From an uncultured Terracidiphilus sp. (GTDB lineage Bacteria > Acidobacteriota > Terriglobia > Terriglobales > Acidobacteriaceae), in NCBI GenBank assembly GCA_964468605.1, contig CAYYKV010000001.1:1-63974 (forward strand): 63,974 nt of DNA, written 5' to 3'. The first letter of the stretch is position 1, and every line of letters begins with the position of its first letter. Below are positions 39,434-48,907 of the stretch, piece by piece. Made by a program: the position numbers and the translations under genes. Below the pieces are notes generated by a model that saw only the letters and a program-made list of their open reading frames with translations, ran no database searches and was not told the origin of the DNA.

Positions 39434-40039
39434 TCACTGCGACGGCGGCGAGCCCATCTGGATACTCCCCCCGTACGATTGCACCAGCTGATGAAAGGCC
39501 GGCAAGGACCGCGAAAGTGCGGCGGCGTTCTTCGCGCTCAAGGTGACGATCCACACGCGCCCGAGGTCTCCGATATACGCCGTTTGCTCGAATGCGTTGT
39601 GTTCCTCGCCGCTCTCAAATGAATAGTTCTCAGCCTTCTGTTTCACCCTCGGAAGAACAAGAGGCTCTTCAGCACGAACGATTGCCTTGGGGAAGCGCCG
39701 TTTGAAGCCGTCGATATCAGATTGAATGGCGGAGTGCAGGTCCCTGTCGTCTTCTTTTGGGCCGATAGGGCTCGCGTCGAGAACCACCCAGGCTTCGGCG
39801 TTCCGCGGATCGGTCCCTTCGGGCAGGAAGAAGGCCAGCCCCGGCCCGTCGGCCTGCACCCAACCCTTCGGCGTATCAAGCGCCACAAAACCAGCGGCTG
39901 TCGCGACCATTCCGCGCGGCTCATTTGAATTGCTGTTCGGATTCTGCGCGGTACAGACTACGGGGAACGGCAGCATTGCGGCCGCCAGAACAAACGTGGC
40001 CGCTGCCGCAGACACAGACCGCAAGAAACCTGCGTGCAT
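39434..40039 (-). CDS. Secreted hypothetical protein (possible PsbP/DcrB-like fold)
   Basis: Signal peptide; LDTPKGW; C-terminal beta-beta-helix pattern. Confidence 0.65.
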   Translation of the reverse strand: MHAGFLRSVSAAAATFVLAAAMLPFPVVCTAQNPNSNSNEPRGMVATAAGFVALDTPKGWVQADGPGLAFFLPEGTDPRNAEAWVVLDASPIGPKEDDRDLHSAIQSDIDGFKRRFPKAIVRAEEPLVLPRVKQKAENYSFESGEEHNAFEQTAYIGDLGRVWIVTLSAKNAAALSRSLPAFHQLVQSYGGSIQMGSPPSQ

Positions 40040-40164
40040 GCGCAACACCTCCGGTAACCTTGGGCAGTTGCCCGGCATTATAGCGTGGAGGCAAAACAAG
40101 TGGGCCAAGTCTTCGTACAGGCATCGGCATCGCCATGCTAAATTGAGATTCCACGGGGGTCCTT

Positions 40165-41331
40165 ATGGAACTCGGCGCTCAGCTTTCGACGGGCGGCGAA
40201 ACAATTGAGTTGCAGCAACAGGTGGCGCGGCTGCAGGCGTTGCTTGAGGCCTCGCGCCAGGTGCATTCCACGATTCGCGAGGACGAAGTCCTCGAATCCG
40301 TTCTGCGCATCGTCGTGCGCGAGCTGGAGATGGCCGGTGCTGCTTTTCCCGGAACCGGCCTCACCTACGGCAGGCTCCCGGCGGATGCCGCAGCAGACGC
40401 CGCGGGCCCAGATCAACTGCTCCGTTATCCGCTCGCCGATCGCGACGGTCGGAAAATGATCGATCTTGTCGTGGCGTCTCCGGGAGGGCGCGAGCTTTCG
40501 CTCTCCGAGGCCGATTTCCTCGAGGGCTTGGCGCTGCAGGCCGCCGTGGCTCTCGAAAACGCGCGTAACCACAAGCGCAACGTCGAGTTCGCCCGCCTCC
40601 AGCAGGACCTGGACGCGGCGCGGCAGATTCAGCGCTCGTTGCTGCCGCAGAAGCTGCCAGAGATTCCCGGCTATTCAATCGCTTTCCGCTCCGATACCTG
40701 CTACGAGGTGGGCGGCGACTATCTCGATATCGTCGGACAGCCGGACGGCAGCCTCCTGATCGCTGTAGCCGATGTGGCTGGCAAAGGACTGGCCTCGGCC
40801 ATCATGTCCACGAGCTTTCGCGCGGCTTTTCGCGGCATGGCGCTCACCGGTCCGCCGCTCGACGAGCTGGCCACGCGCATGAACCAGCACCACTGGGCCG
40901 AAGGCGAGGAGGCTCGTCGGCGCTACGTCACCGCAATCTTCCTTCGGCTGCATCCAGCGGGCCAAATCGAGGTCGTGAATGCGGGTCACAATCCTGGGTT
41001 CCTCGTCGTGCCTGGCTCGCCGCCAATCCAGTTTGACGCGGCAGGAACGCCCCTGGGCCTTTTGCCCGGCATGCGCTACACGAGCGAGCGACACAGTTTC
41101 ACTGAGGGAGCGCGGTTGCTTTTCTACACGGACGGCCTGACCGAGGTCTTCAGAGGAGATGAAGAGTATGGTCCGGAAAGGCTTTTGAATGAATTTTCTA
41201 CGTGTCCAGTGCAGAAGGCCGATGGTATCCTCGATGCATTGTGGGTAGCCATTGAGGCGTTTGCAGAGGGCGGTCCGCAAGCTGACGATATGACCGCATT
41301 GGCGCTGTGCCGCGGAGAGATGTTGGAATGA
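40165..41331 (+). CDS. PP2C/SpoIIE-family Ser/Thr phosphatase (RsbU-like)
   Basis: EVGGDYLD; ADVAGKG; NAGHN; YTDGLTE; ADDMT. Confidence 0.92.
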   Translation: MELGAQLSTGGETIELQQQVARLQALLEASRQVHSTIREDEVLESVLRIVVRELEMAGAAFPGTGLTYGRLPADAAADAAGPDQLLRYPLADRDGRKMIDLVVASPGGRELSLSEADFLEGLALQAAVALENARNHKRNVEFARLQQDLDAARQIQRSLLPQKLPEIPGYSIAFRSDTCYEVGGDYLDIVGQPDGSLLIAVADVAGKGLASAIMSTSFRAAFRGMALTGPPLDELATRMNQHHWAEGEEARRRYVTAIFLRLHPAGQIEVVNAGHNPGFLVVPGSPPIQFDAAGTPLGLLPGMRYTSERHSFTEGARLLFYTDGLTEVFRGDEEYGPERLLNEFSTCPVQKADGILDALWVAIEAFAEGGPQADDMTALALCRGEMLE

Positions 41332-41774
41332 CCGAGCCGAAAACCACCACTGTCGAGGTCCGTTTACCCACCAAGATGGGCTACGAAAAGGTGGCCATGA
41401 GCACGGCCTCGGCGGTCGCCAAGCTGATGGGTTTCCCTGAGGATCGGATCGAAGATTTGAAGACGGCCGTGGCCGAGGCCTGCATCAACGCCATTGAGCA
41501 CGGCAACCGGCTGAACGAAAAGCTGTCCGTTGGTGTGGTCCTTCGCGCCGATAACGACGCGCTTGAAGTGAAGGTGATCGACGACGGCAGGGGAATCACG
41601 ACTCAGCCGGCCAGGCCCGATATTGATCGCAAGATGCACGGCGAAGAAGACGCGCGCGGCATGGGAATGTTCCTCATCCAGGCATTGGTGGACGAAGCAG
41701 AGTGGGTGACCGGGGCCGATGGTAAGAGCAGCTACGTCCGCCTGGTGATCAAATTGGACAAAGCCGCGGTGTAG
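41328..41774 (+). CDS. Anti-sigma factor kinase (RsbW-like)
   Basis: AVAEACINAIEHG; IDDGRG; RGMGMFLIQALVD; ATGA-coupled. Confidence 0.9.
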   Translation: MTEPKTTTVEVRLPTKMGYEKVAMSTASAVAKLMGFPEDRIEDLKTAVAEACINAIEHGNRLNEKLSVGVVLRADNDALEVKVIDDGRGITTQPARPDIDRKMHGEEDARGMGMFLIQALVDEAEWVTGADGKSSYVRLVIKLDKAAV

Positions 41775-41814
41775 GCTAAAGCGGAGTCGAATCGCAAGTG
41801 GAGGCAATCGCAAA

Positions 41815-42174
41815 GTGGAGAGCGAGACCAAATCGCACGTTGACCAGATCAAGTCCCCATCCGGATACCCGGTAGCTGTCCTTCGCTTTGAGGGCGATAT
41901 CGCAAGCACCTCGAAGGACGCGGTTCTGGGTGCCTATGAGGGTCTGCCCAGGGAGACGACAAAGCTCATCCTGCTGGACTTCACGCGCGTGGACTACATC
42001 AATTCCAGTGGAATTGCCTTGGTCATCCAACTGTTGATTCAAGCCGCGCACTCTGGGCAAACAGTCTTCGCCTTCGGACTCTCGGCGCACTTCACCAAGG
42101 TCTTTACCATGGTGGGCATCACGAAATACGCGCGCCTGTTCCCCAACCAGGCCGAAGCCATCGCCGCGCTCTAA
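41815..42174 (+). CDS. STAS domain anti-sigma factor antagonist (RsbV-like)
   Basis: LDFTRVDYINSSGIA phosphoserine motif. Confidence 0.9.
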   Translation: MESETKSHVDQIKSPSGYPVAVLRFEGDIASTSKDAVLGAYEGLPRETTKLILLDFTRVDYINSSGIALVIQLLIQAAHSGQTVFAFGLSAHFTKVFTMVGITKYARLFPNQAEAIAAL

Positions 42175-42233
42175 TCACGCGTTCCATTTAAAAAGCTGAT
42201 TGAAGGAGCTTGCGCTCCGGTTCGCCATAGCGG

Positions 42234-42821
42234 CTACTGCGGCCCCTTGTCGCCCCTCGAGAACGGGTTCGGGAGGTGGAAAGGCGTTTCCGGCGACGAC
42301 TCTCTCTTCTTCGTGCTTGAATCCTGCCGCAGCACGGTCCGCTGCGAGTTGATGCACAGCCAACCGCCGTGCACCCGCTCGAAGACTTGTGTAAAGACGC
42401 CTTTTTCGTCCACCAGGCCTGAGGTGGTCTTGTGGTGCAGTGTGTACGTGCCGTTGGCCACGGCAATATCGCCGAGCATGCGCACGGTAACCACCTTTTG
42501 CGTAAGATAGAGGGCTTTGTCGTCGACGCTGAGCACCTGCGCCACTTGCTGATTGCGCGTTGTCACGTCGCCGCTCGCTGAAACGTCGACAAAGAGTGGA
42601 GATAGCACCAGTTCCAAGGCGTACTGGTCGCGCCGGTTCACGGCGTCGGACCAACTGTCTTCGATCTTCTGGAATTGCAGGATCTCCGGGCTGACGGTTT
42701 CCATCACGCCGGGCTTTTCTGCCGGCGGAACGGCGCCCGCTGCTGGGTCGGGAGCGGGATTTTGGGCAGCTGCAACGCAGCACAGAAGAGAGCAAGATAA
42801 GAACAAAATAAAACGATTCAT
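42234..42821 (-). CDS. Exported NTF2-like (DUF4440) protein
   Basis: Signal peptide; WSDAVNRRD..VRMLGDIAVANG..FTQVFER..W. Confidence 0.8.
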   Translation of the reverse strand: MNRFILFLSCSLLCCVAAAQNPAPDPAAGAVPPAEKPGVMETVSPEILQFQKIEDSWSDAVNRRDQYALELVLSPLFVDVSASGDVTTRNQQVAQVLSVDDKALYLTQKVVTVRMLGDIAVANGTYTLHHKTTSGLVDEKGVFTQVFERVHGGWLCINSQRTVLRQDSSTKKRESSPETPFHLPNPFSRGDKGPQ

Positions 42822-42942
42822 GAGCAGATTGAGCTCCAACCTTGAAAGCAGAGTTCCTCCAAGAATCATAGCTCTTTGGACTCCACAATCGAGGCGCAGG
42901 GGAGTGAAAAAGTGAGCTCCGCCGGGCTTCTTCAGGAAGATG

Positions 42943-43695
42943 CTACAGAAGGCCTTGCAGCCGGCCGGGTTGGTGAATGGTCACGTTGGAGTCTTCGATC
43001 GAGATCCAGCCGTCCTTGCGGAACTGGCCAAGGGTGCGGGTGACGGTCTCGCGCGTGGTGCAGGTCATCGAGGCCATCTCCTCGTGCGTCAGCAGAAGCG
43101 GGAACCGGTATTCTCCGCCCTCGGTATGTTCGCCGATCTGATGCGCAAGTTCCGTCAGCAGGCGAGCCAGCCGCGCGGCCACGGTTTCAGCCAGGGCGAT
43201 GCGGCACGCATCCTGCAGGGCGAAGCGGTACTCCTGGCAGATGCATTGCACGGCCCGCAATTGTGCTTCCTTGTGGTTGCGCAGAAAACTCAGGAATCGT
43301 TCACGCTCCACCGGACGTAACTGGGCGGGCGTCAATGACTCCGCTGAAACCTCGTAAACGCCGTGCGAAAGGACCGCGTAAAGGCCCAGCATCGATCCCG
43401 GGCCTGCAACCCGGACAATCATGTGCCGATCTTCTGGTCGGCCCGCTGTCAGCTTGAGATAGCCGCTGCAAATCAGGTACAGGCAGCGGGCGTCTTCACC
43501 TTCGGTAAAGAGCGCAGCCTGCCCGGGCAGCGAAATCGTGCTTGTTGCCAGCTCCAGATCGGCCAAAACGGCGCTGCCGAGTGAGCAGAACCAGCCGGGA
43601 CGGCGATTTGCGCAGGCCGCGCACCCCAGCGGCGACGATCGGCCCAGGTGCTTCGATCGCGTCGGCTCCTCCATCAAAATTTGTATGTCCGCCAT
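42943..43695 (-). CDS. Crp/Fnr family transcriptional regulator with N-terminal Cys cluster
   Basis: CAACANRRPGWFC; LFTEGE..LYLICSGYLKL; HTH LTHEEMASMTCTTRETVTRTL. Confidence 0.92.
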   Translation of the reverse strand: MADIQILMEEPTRSKHLGRSSPLGCAACANRRPGWFCSLGSAVLADLELATSTISLPGQAALFTEGEDARCLYLICSGYLKLTAGRPEDRHMIVRVAGPGSMLGLYAVLSHGVYEVSAESLTPAQLRPVERERFLSFLRNHKEAQLRAVQCICQEYRFALQDACRIALAETVAARLARLLTELAHQIGEHTEGGEYRFPLLLTHEEMASMTCTTRETVTRTLGQFRKDGWISIEDSNVTIHQPGRLQGLL

Positions 43696-43853
43696 CGTCT
43701 TCCTTCTTCCCATTCCGACGCGGCCCCTCGTCTCTCCCGCTTTCTGGCCTTCATTCCAGTCCGTTCCGGCTGCGGTTGAGATCGACATGCCGTGTTCTTT
43801 CCCATCTGCAGCGGCACTTGCTCAAAGTTTGCTTGAAAGTTGGTTTCTTTGGA

Positions 43854-43869
43854 TGTGATGGGCCTCACG
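43854..43869. promoter_or_regulatory. CRP-type box (possible autoregulatory site)
   Basis: TGTGA-tgggcc-TCACG. Confidence 0.7.
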
Positions 43870-43983
43870 TTCGAAAGTAGGATTTTTGGCAGTGTGACGG
43901 CACACCGTGGCGTCCAGAGGCATGGAAAGCGTAAATGAATGTGGTAAATCGGCTTGTACTCCAAGACACATCCCCAAATCTTA

Positions 43984-44027
43984 TGTGATAGACGTCACCG
44001 CCACATGTTATGAGCAAACCGTAATCT
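43984..44027 (+). promoter_or_regulatory. CRP-type box plus -10 element upstream of the decaheme cytochrome operon
   Basis: TGTGA-tagacg-TCACC at 43984-43999; TAATCT at 44022-44027 (box centre about -42.5). Confidence 0.7.
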
Positions 44028-44080
44028 TTCGTGCATGTGGTGATGCTCCACACCGGCAAGCGCCCGCAAAAGGTTCCAGC

Positions 44081-44096
44081 GGTGCTCGCGCTCACA
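44081..44096. promoter_or_regulatory. Weaker CRP-type box
   Basis: GGTGC-tcgcgc-TCACA. Confidence 0.4.
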
Positions 44097-44182
44097 TGGG
44101 GAATCCACCACATTCAGCCTGAAGCAACGGCTGAGGCCCGTATTAAGCAGTGCCACGAAGTTCTTTGAAGGCGGTATTTTCC

Positions 44183-45157
44183 ATGCATACAGATAGGCCG
44201 GTAACGCGCTTGTTCAGTTTGTCCAACGGTGCGGCTCTCGGGAAATGTCCGGGACTGCGAGTGTTTTTGATGATTTTGCTGGGCGCCGGCATGGTTTGCG
44301 CAACGGCATTGGCTGCCCCGCCACAGGGAACAAAAGCCCAGGATGCGCCGGCCACTCCAGCTGGGCACGCCGAATTTGTCGGCTCTGACACCTGCGCCAC
44401 TTGTCACGCAGACGTGGCCAAGGGTTTCGCCACCAATCCGCACACCAAAATGGCGTTGATGCCCGGGAACGCGAATGGCGTGACCTGCGAGAACTGTCAC
44501 GGCGCGGGCAGCGAGCACGTGGCTGGTGGCGGCGACGTGACCAAGATCTTCGACCCCGCCAAGGCCTCGGCCAAAGACGTCGATACCAAGTGCCTGAGCT
44601 GTCATGCAGGCGCGCATCCCAACTTCGATCGCTCTCCTCATGCCAAGGCCAACGTCGGCTGCACCAGCTGCCACAGCATTCACGGCAGCAAGGAAGATAC
44701 GCTGCTCAAAGCTCCGCAGCCCACGCTTTGCTTCCAATGCCATGGCGACCAGAAGGTGCAATTCGGCATGCCCTTCCATCACCAGGTCAACGAAGGACTC
44801 ATCAAGTGCAGCGACTGCCACGACGTTCACGGAACCTTCGGGAACAGCAACATCAAGTCGACGGCGGACCAGAATGCGATCTGCACCAAGTGCCACACCG
44901 ATGTCCGTGGTCCTTTCGTGTATGAGCACGCGCCGGTCAAGGCGGAGGGGTGCTTGAGCTGCCACAGTCCTCACGGATCGCAGAACGCGCGGCTGCTCAA
45001 CATGCCAAGCATCAATACTCTGTGCAACCAGTGCCACAGCCCTGTTTCGTCGCACACGATCACGGGAATGGGCTCGGGATCGGCGGAGCTTGCTCCTTGC
45101 ACAAGCTGCCACACCTACATTCATGGATCAAACATCAACGCGGCGTTCCTGCGATAG
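44183..45157 (+). CDS. Decaheme c-type cytochrome, DmsE/MtrA/MtoA/PioA family
   Basis: Signal peptide; 10 CxxCH (CATCH, CENCH, CLSCH, CTSCH, CFQCH, CSDCH, CTKCH, CLSCH, CNQCH, CTSCH); GPFVYEHAPV; IHGSN; start uncertain. Confidence 0.95.
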   Translation: MHTDRPVTRLFSLSNGAALGKCPGLRVFLMILLGAGMVCATALAAPPQGTKAQDAPATPAGHAEFVGSDTCATCHADVAKGFATNPHTKMALMPGNANGVTCENCHGAGSEHVAGGGDVTKIFDPAKASAKDVDTKCLSCHAGAHPNFDRSPHAKANVGCTSCHSIHGSKEDTLLKAPQPTLCFQCHGDQKVQFGMPFHHQVNEGLIKCSDCHDVHGTFGNSNIKSTADQNAICTKCHTDVRGPFVYEHAPVKAEGCLSCHSPHGSQNARLLNMPSINTLCNQCHSPVSSHTITGMGSGSAELAPCTSCHTYIHGSNINAAFLR

Positions 45158-45274
45158 GAGATTCGGAGTTGGGCCGCGCCAGGCCAAGGCGGCACCGCTC
45201 AACTCCCTTAACAGATTCCACAACGGTTCACGGTTTCGTAGTAGGCAACAAGTTTTATTCAAGTGAGGCTTCAT

Positions 45275-47896
45275 ATGAAGAATGTTGGCTGGTTATCTCG
45301 GATTCGCAATCAACAGCCGTCTTTTGCAATGTTCCTGGGCATGGTAGTGGCAATGTTTCTTGCGGCGGCATGCATCGCCGTCGCGCAGAATCCGGCTGAG
45401 CCGGTTCCAGCGCCAGGTGCGCCGGTATCTGCGCCCGACGGTTATGTCCTCCACCAGGCTTTCGATGTCGGCGGCCACATGAATAGTCTTGAGGGCAGCG
45501 GCGCCATGTACGACTCGATGATCAATCAGAAGTCAGGGCCCCGCGTGCTTGGCGAGACCTTTGAGCTTCATGCGGCACCAGGAAATAAGAACCCTCTTGT
45601 CGATGATCTGAAAGCGTTCAGCAATGGCTTCGGTGGTGATCCGAACAACTTCGCCAAGCTCGACTTTTCCAAAGGCAAGATCTACGAGTTCTCCGGGATG
45701 TTCCGGCGCGACCGCCGGTACTTCGACTACGATTTGCTGGGCAACCCGAATATCCCCAGCGGTCAGACGATGCCCATTGGACCAACTGCTTCGCCCACAG
45801 GCACGCTGGCTTGGCCGCAACTGAATACATCTGCGTTCCTGTTCAACACCGTCCGCCGAATGACCGACACCAGCCTGACGCTGCTGCCGCTCTCGAAAGT
45901 GACGTTTCGCGCCAGCTACTCGCACAACACAATGGAGGGGCCTAGCCTGTCGCCGAGCGGATACCAAATTGCCGGCTCGTACGATCTCCTGCTCCAGGAA
46001 TATCAGCGCCACAGCACCGACGATTTCACTGGCGACTTCGAGTGGAAGCCCGTGCAGGGCACGCGGCTGACCTTTGAAGAGCAGGTCGACCATTACAAGG
46101 GGAATTCCTTCTTCACACTGGACCCCAGCTACCTAACTGTCCAGGAGGCGGACGGAACTAAGGTCGCGCTTCTCGCGAACTACGATGCTTGGACGCCCTA
46201 CACCAGCAGCTCCTGCGTTGCAACCAGCATGGGCGGCAACCCAATGCTCACGGCGTCCAGCACAGGCGGCGCACCCATCATCAATCCGGCTTGCGCCGTG
46301 TCGTCCAGCTATCTGCGCACCCAGCCCACGCGGGTCATCTTCCCAACGGAGATCTTCCGCCTGCAGAGCACCAGCATCAAAAACGTATCCATGAACGGCG
46401 AATTCCACTACACGAGCGCCAACATGACCCTCCCGAGCTACTACGACTTCTTTCAGGGTCTGAGCAAAACGACGCGCTCAATGGCCTACACGGGCACAGC
46501 AACTGCAAAACGCGAGGCGGTTGCTGCCGACTACGGCATCTTCTGGCAGGTCATGCCGAAGTTCAGCCTCTCCGAGCAGATCGACTACTCCCTTGTCCAT
46601 CAGCCGGGTACGACGACCATGACAAGTGAGACGACTTTGTCGACGGCCGCGGATACGACCACGTCAACTGGAAACGAGACCATCAACAATCCAACCCTGA
46701 CCACGACGAACGCTGCCGCCGGAGCCTCCACGTTTGAAGGTAGCGGCACCATCGGTACACCCTGGCCTGCCTTTTTCGGCCAGAAGTTCGTGACCAATAA
46801 TCTGACCGCGACCTGGGATGCCACGGCTCGCACCACCTTCTCGCTCACCTATCGCTATCGCACGCACACAATCGCGGAGAACGCGTACAGTCCCGCTACC
46901 TCTACTGTGCCCGTTGATCCCGGTGGCAATCCCGGCAACCTTCCATTGACTCCCGGCGAAACAAACGATGGGACAGTCACCATCAACGAGAACGGCGGGA
47001 TTTTCAATGCCGCTTTGCGCCCCAGCAACAATTGGGATATCAATGGCTCGGTCGAAGTACTTTATGACGACAACGCCTTTACCCCGATGGGCCCGCGGCA
47101 AACAAAGCACTATCGCGTGCACAGCATCTACAGGCCGAAGACCTGGGCGACGATCTCCGGCGCATATAACGATCTGGAGCGTCACAACAACACCAACAAC
47201 TCCGGATCGACGCCCATCGACGGCCCGCTCAACCATGTCGATCACAGCCGCGTGTTCAGCGCTGCAGCCGACCTCGCCGCCAACGAGCATTTCGGCTTCG
47301 ATTTCGAATACGCCTATAGCGATGTGTATCTCGCAAGCAATATCTGTTATGACGGCGGCGCGTCCGCTGCCCTGCCATTGGCCGCAGCTCCGGCGAACGG
47401 CGCAGGCTGCCCCGGCGCGACCGTAAGAGGTGCCACCTATCTTGAATTCGGGCCGGTCAAGAACTTCATGGACGCTCCGACGCAATCGGGATCGGCGGCA
47501 ATCTCGATCTCCCCGTCAACCAAGACCCACGCCAATGCCGGTTATCGCATCAGCTCCGTCAACGGCAGCCGGTTCTTCAACGATCCCCGCGACGTTAACG
47601 GCTCGCTCGTGTCCAAATATCAGACTCCCTTTTTCAACCTTTCATATGCGGTTCGTCCGGCGTGGATCCTGAGGGCGGAATACGACTACTATAGCTACGG
47701 CGAAGGCGGCCCATCCGGCGCGCAGTATTGCTCGACTTCCACTGCTCTGCCGTCGGCTACAACCGCGGCGCCAGTCGTTGCCTGCAGTTCGCTCACGGGT
47801 GTGCAAACCGGCGTGAACCTTTCGAATGCCGGCGAAACCCTTGCGCGAAACTTCCATGCCAACAACGTGACCCTTGGCATGCACTGGGAGTTCTAG
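45275..47896 (+). CDS. Putative outer-membrane beta-barrel porin, MtrB/PioB-like partner
   Basis: Follows the decaheme gene; signal peptide; many amphipathic beta-strands; C-terminal beta-signal VTLGMHWEF. Confidence 0.8.
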   Translation: MKNVGWLSRIRNQQPSFAMFLGMVVAMFLAAACIAVAQNPAEPVPAPGAPVSAPDGYVLHQAFDVGGHMNSLEGSGAMYDSMINQKSGPRVLGETFELHAAPGNKNPLVDDLKAFSNGFGGDPNNFAKLDFSKGKIYEFSGMFRRDRRYFDYDLLGNPNIPSGQTMPIGPTASPTGTLAWPQLNTSAFLFNTVRRMTDTSLTLLPLSKVTFRASYSHNTMEGPSLSPSGYQIAGSYDLLLQEYQRHSTDDFTGDFEWKPVQGTRLTFEEQVDHYKGNSFFTLDPSYLTVQEADGTKVALLANYDAWTPYTSSSCVATSMGGNPMLTASSTGGAPIINPACAVSSSYLRTQPTRVIFPTEIFRLQSTSIKNVSMNGEFHYTSANMTLPSYYDFFQGLSKTTRSMAYTGTATAKREAVAADYGIFWQVMPKFSLSEQIDYSLVHQPGTTTMTSETTLSTAADTTTSTGNETINNPTLTTTNAAAGASTFEGSGTIGTPWPAFFGQKFVTNNLTATWDATARTTFSLTYRYRTHTIAENAYSPATSTVPVDPGGNPGNLPLTPGETNDGTVTINENGGIFNAALRPSNNWDINGSVEVLYDDNAFTPMGPRQTKHYRVHSIYRPKTWATISGAYNDLERHNNTNNSGSTPIDGPLNHVDHSRVFSAAADLAANEHFGFDFEYAYSDVYLASNICYDGGASAALPLAAAPANGAGCPGATVRGATYLEFGPVKNFMDAPTQSGSAAISISPSTKTHANAGYRISSVNGSRFFNDPRDVNGSLVSKYQTPFFNLSYAVRPAWILRAEYDYYSYGEGGPSGAQYCSTSTALPSATTAAPVVACSSLTGVQTGVNLSNAGETLARNFHANNVTLGMHWEF

Positions 47897-47968
47897 CCGC
47901 GGGATGCCGCTTTACGATCGAGTCCTGCGACCGAGATGAGAATCACGCTAAGCAAGAGGAGATTGGCA

Positions 47969-48289
47969 ATGAAAACCAAGGCTGGATTGATGACAGTCGC
48001 CATGCTAGCTGCCTGTACGGGAACCGCTGCGATCGCGCAAAGCTCGGGGGCAGACATCTACAAGGCAAAATGCCAGAGTTGTCACGGAGCTGAGGGCACG
48101 CCGAACCCCGGCATCGCCAAGATGATGGGCGTCAAGCCCGTGAGCGATCCTTCGGTCAAGTCGCTGAGCGAAGGGCAGATGATTACCGACACGACGAACG
48201 GCAAGGGCAAAATGCCGGCATTCAAGGGCAAGCTCACGGATGCCCAGATCAAGGACTCTGTGATGTACTTCCGTTCCCTCGCCAGGTAA
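47969..48289 (+). CDS. Periplasmic monoheme class I cytochrome c
   Basis: Signal peptide; CQSCH; GKGKMPAF distal Met. Confidence 0.92.
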   Translation: MKTKAGLMTVAMLAACTGTAAIAQSSGADIYKAKCQSCHGAEGTPNPGIAKMMGVKPVSDPSVKSLSEGQMITDTTNGKGKMPAFKGKLTDAQIKDSVMYFRSLAR

Positions 48290-48514
48290 AGGCAACAGTT
48301 GTAGGGCAAGACGAAGTGTAAGGGCAAAATCAAGCCGGCGCGGTCGTCGGAGTCAAAGCCTCGATCGCGCCAGTTTGCGTCAGGTGGTTCCTGTTACTAT
48401 CTCGATTGCGGAACCGACGGCCGCGATTCCCGGCCGGTGTCATCAACCTCTAACCACGCGCCATGCGCTCGATTGCGCGAACGGGCCTGCAAAAACAACG
48501 AAGGAGTTTTGGCA

Positions 48515-48829
48515 ATGACTAAGAGTTTTCGTTCCTATATCGTGCTGGCCGCAACGGTGCTTCTGGCTGGCTCCATGAGCTTCGCTGAAGATGGTTCGGC
48601 GATCTACAAATCCAAGTGCGCGATGTGCCATGGACCTACCGGAACACCGAGTGCGGGTATGGCCAAGGCCATGGGCATCAAGCCCGTCTCCGATCCTTCG
48701 ATCCAGGCTCTTACCGCGAGTCAAGTTGCCGCGACAGTGAAGAATGGCAAAGGCAAGATGCATCCCGTTGCCGGACTGACTGATCCGCAGGTAACCGCTG
48801 TAGCCGCGTATTTTAAGACTCTGAAGTAG
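48515..48829 (+). CDS. Periplasmic monoheme class I cytochrome c (paralog)
   Basis: AAGGAG RBS; signal peptide; CAMCH; GKGKMHP. Confidence 0.92.
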   Translation: MTKSFRSYIVLAATVLLAGSMSFAEDGSAIYKSKCAMCHGPTGTPSAGMAKAMGIKPVSDPSIQALTASQVAATVKNGKGKMHPVAGLTDPQVTAVAAYFKTLK

Positions 48830-48907
48830 GAATTAGAATCAGCGGAGCAGACTCAAGGCAGGCCCGCAATCCCTGGCGGGCCGCCTGCGCATGGAGGCTG
48901 AGGAGAC

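Noticed and set aside
41790-41820. Short direct repeat AATCGCAA(A)GTGGAG at the STAS gene start
   Set aside because: Likely a trivial micro-duplication providing the RBS; no further evidence of function.
43893-43908. Additional CRP box TGTGA-cggcac-ACCGT
   Set aside because: The second half-site does not match.
44183-45157. DMSO reductase system (dmsEFAB)
   Set aside because: No molybdopterin or Fe-S catalytic subunit genes adjacent.
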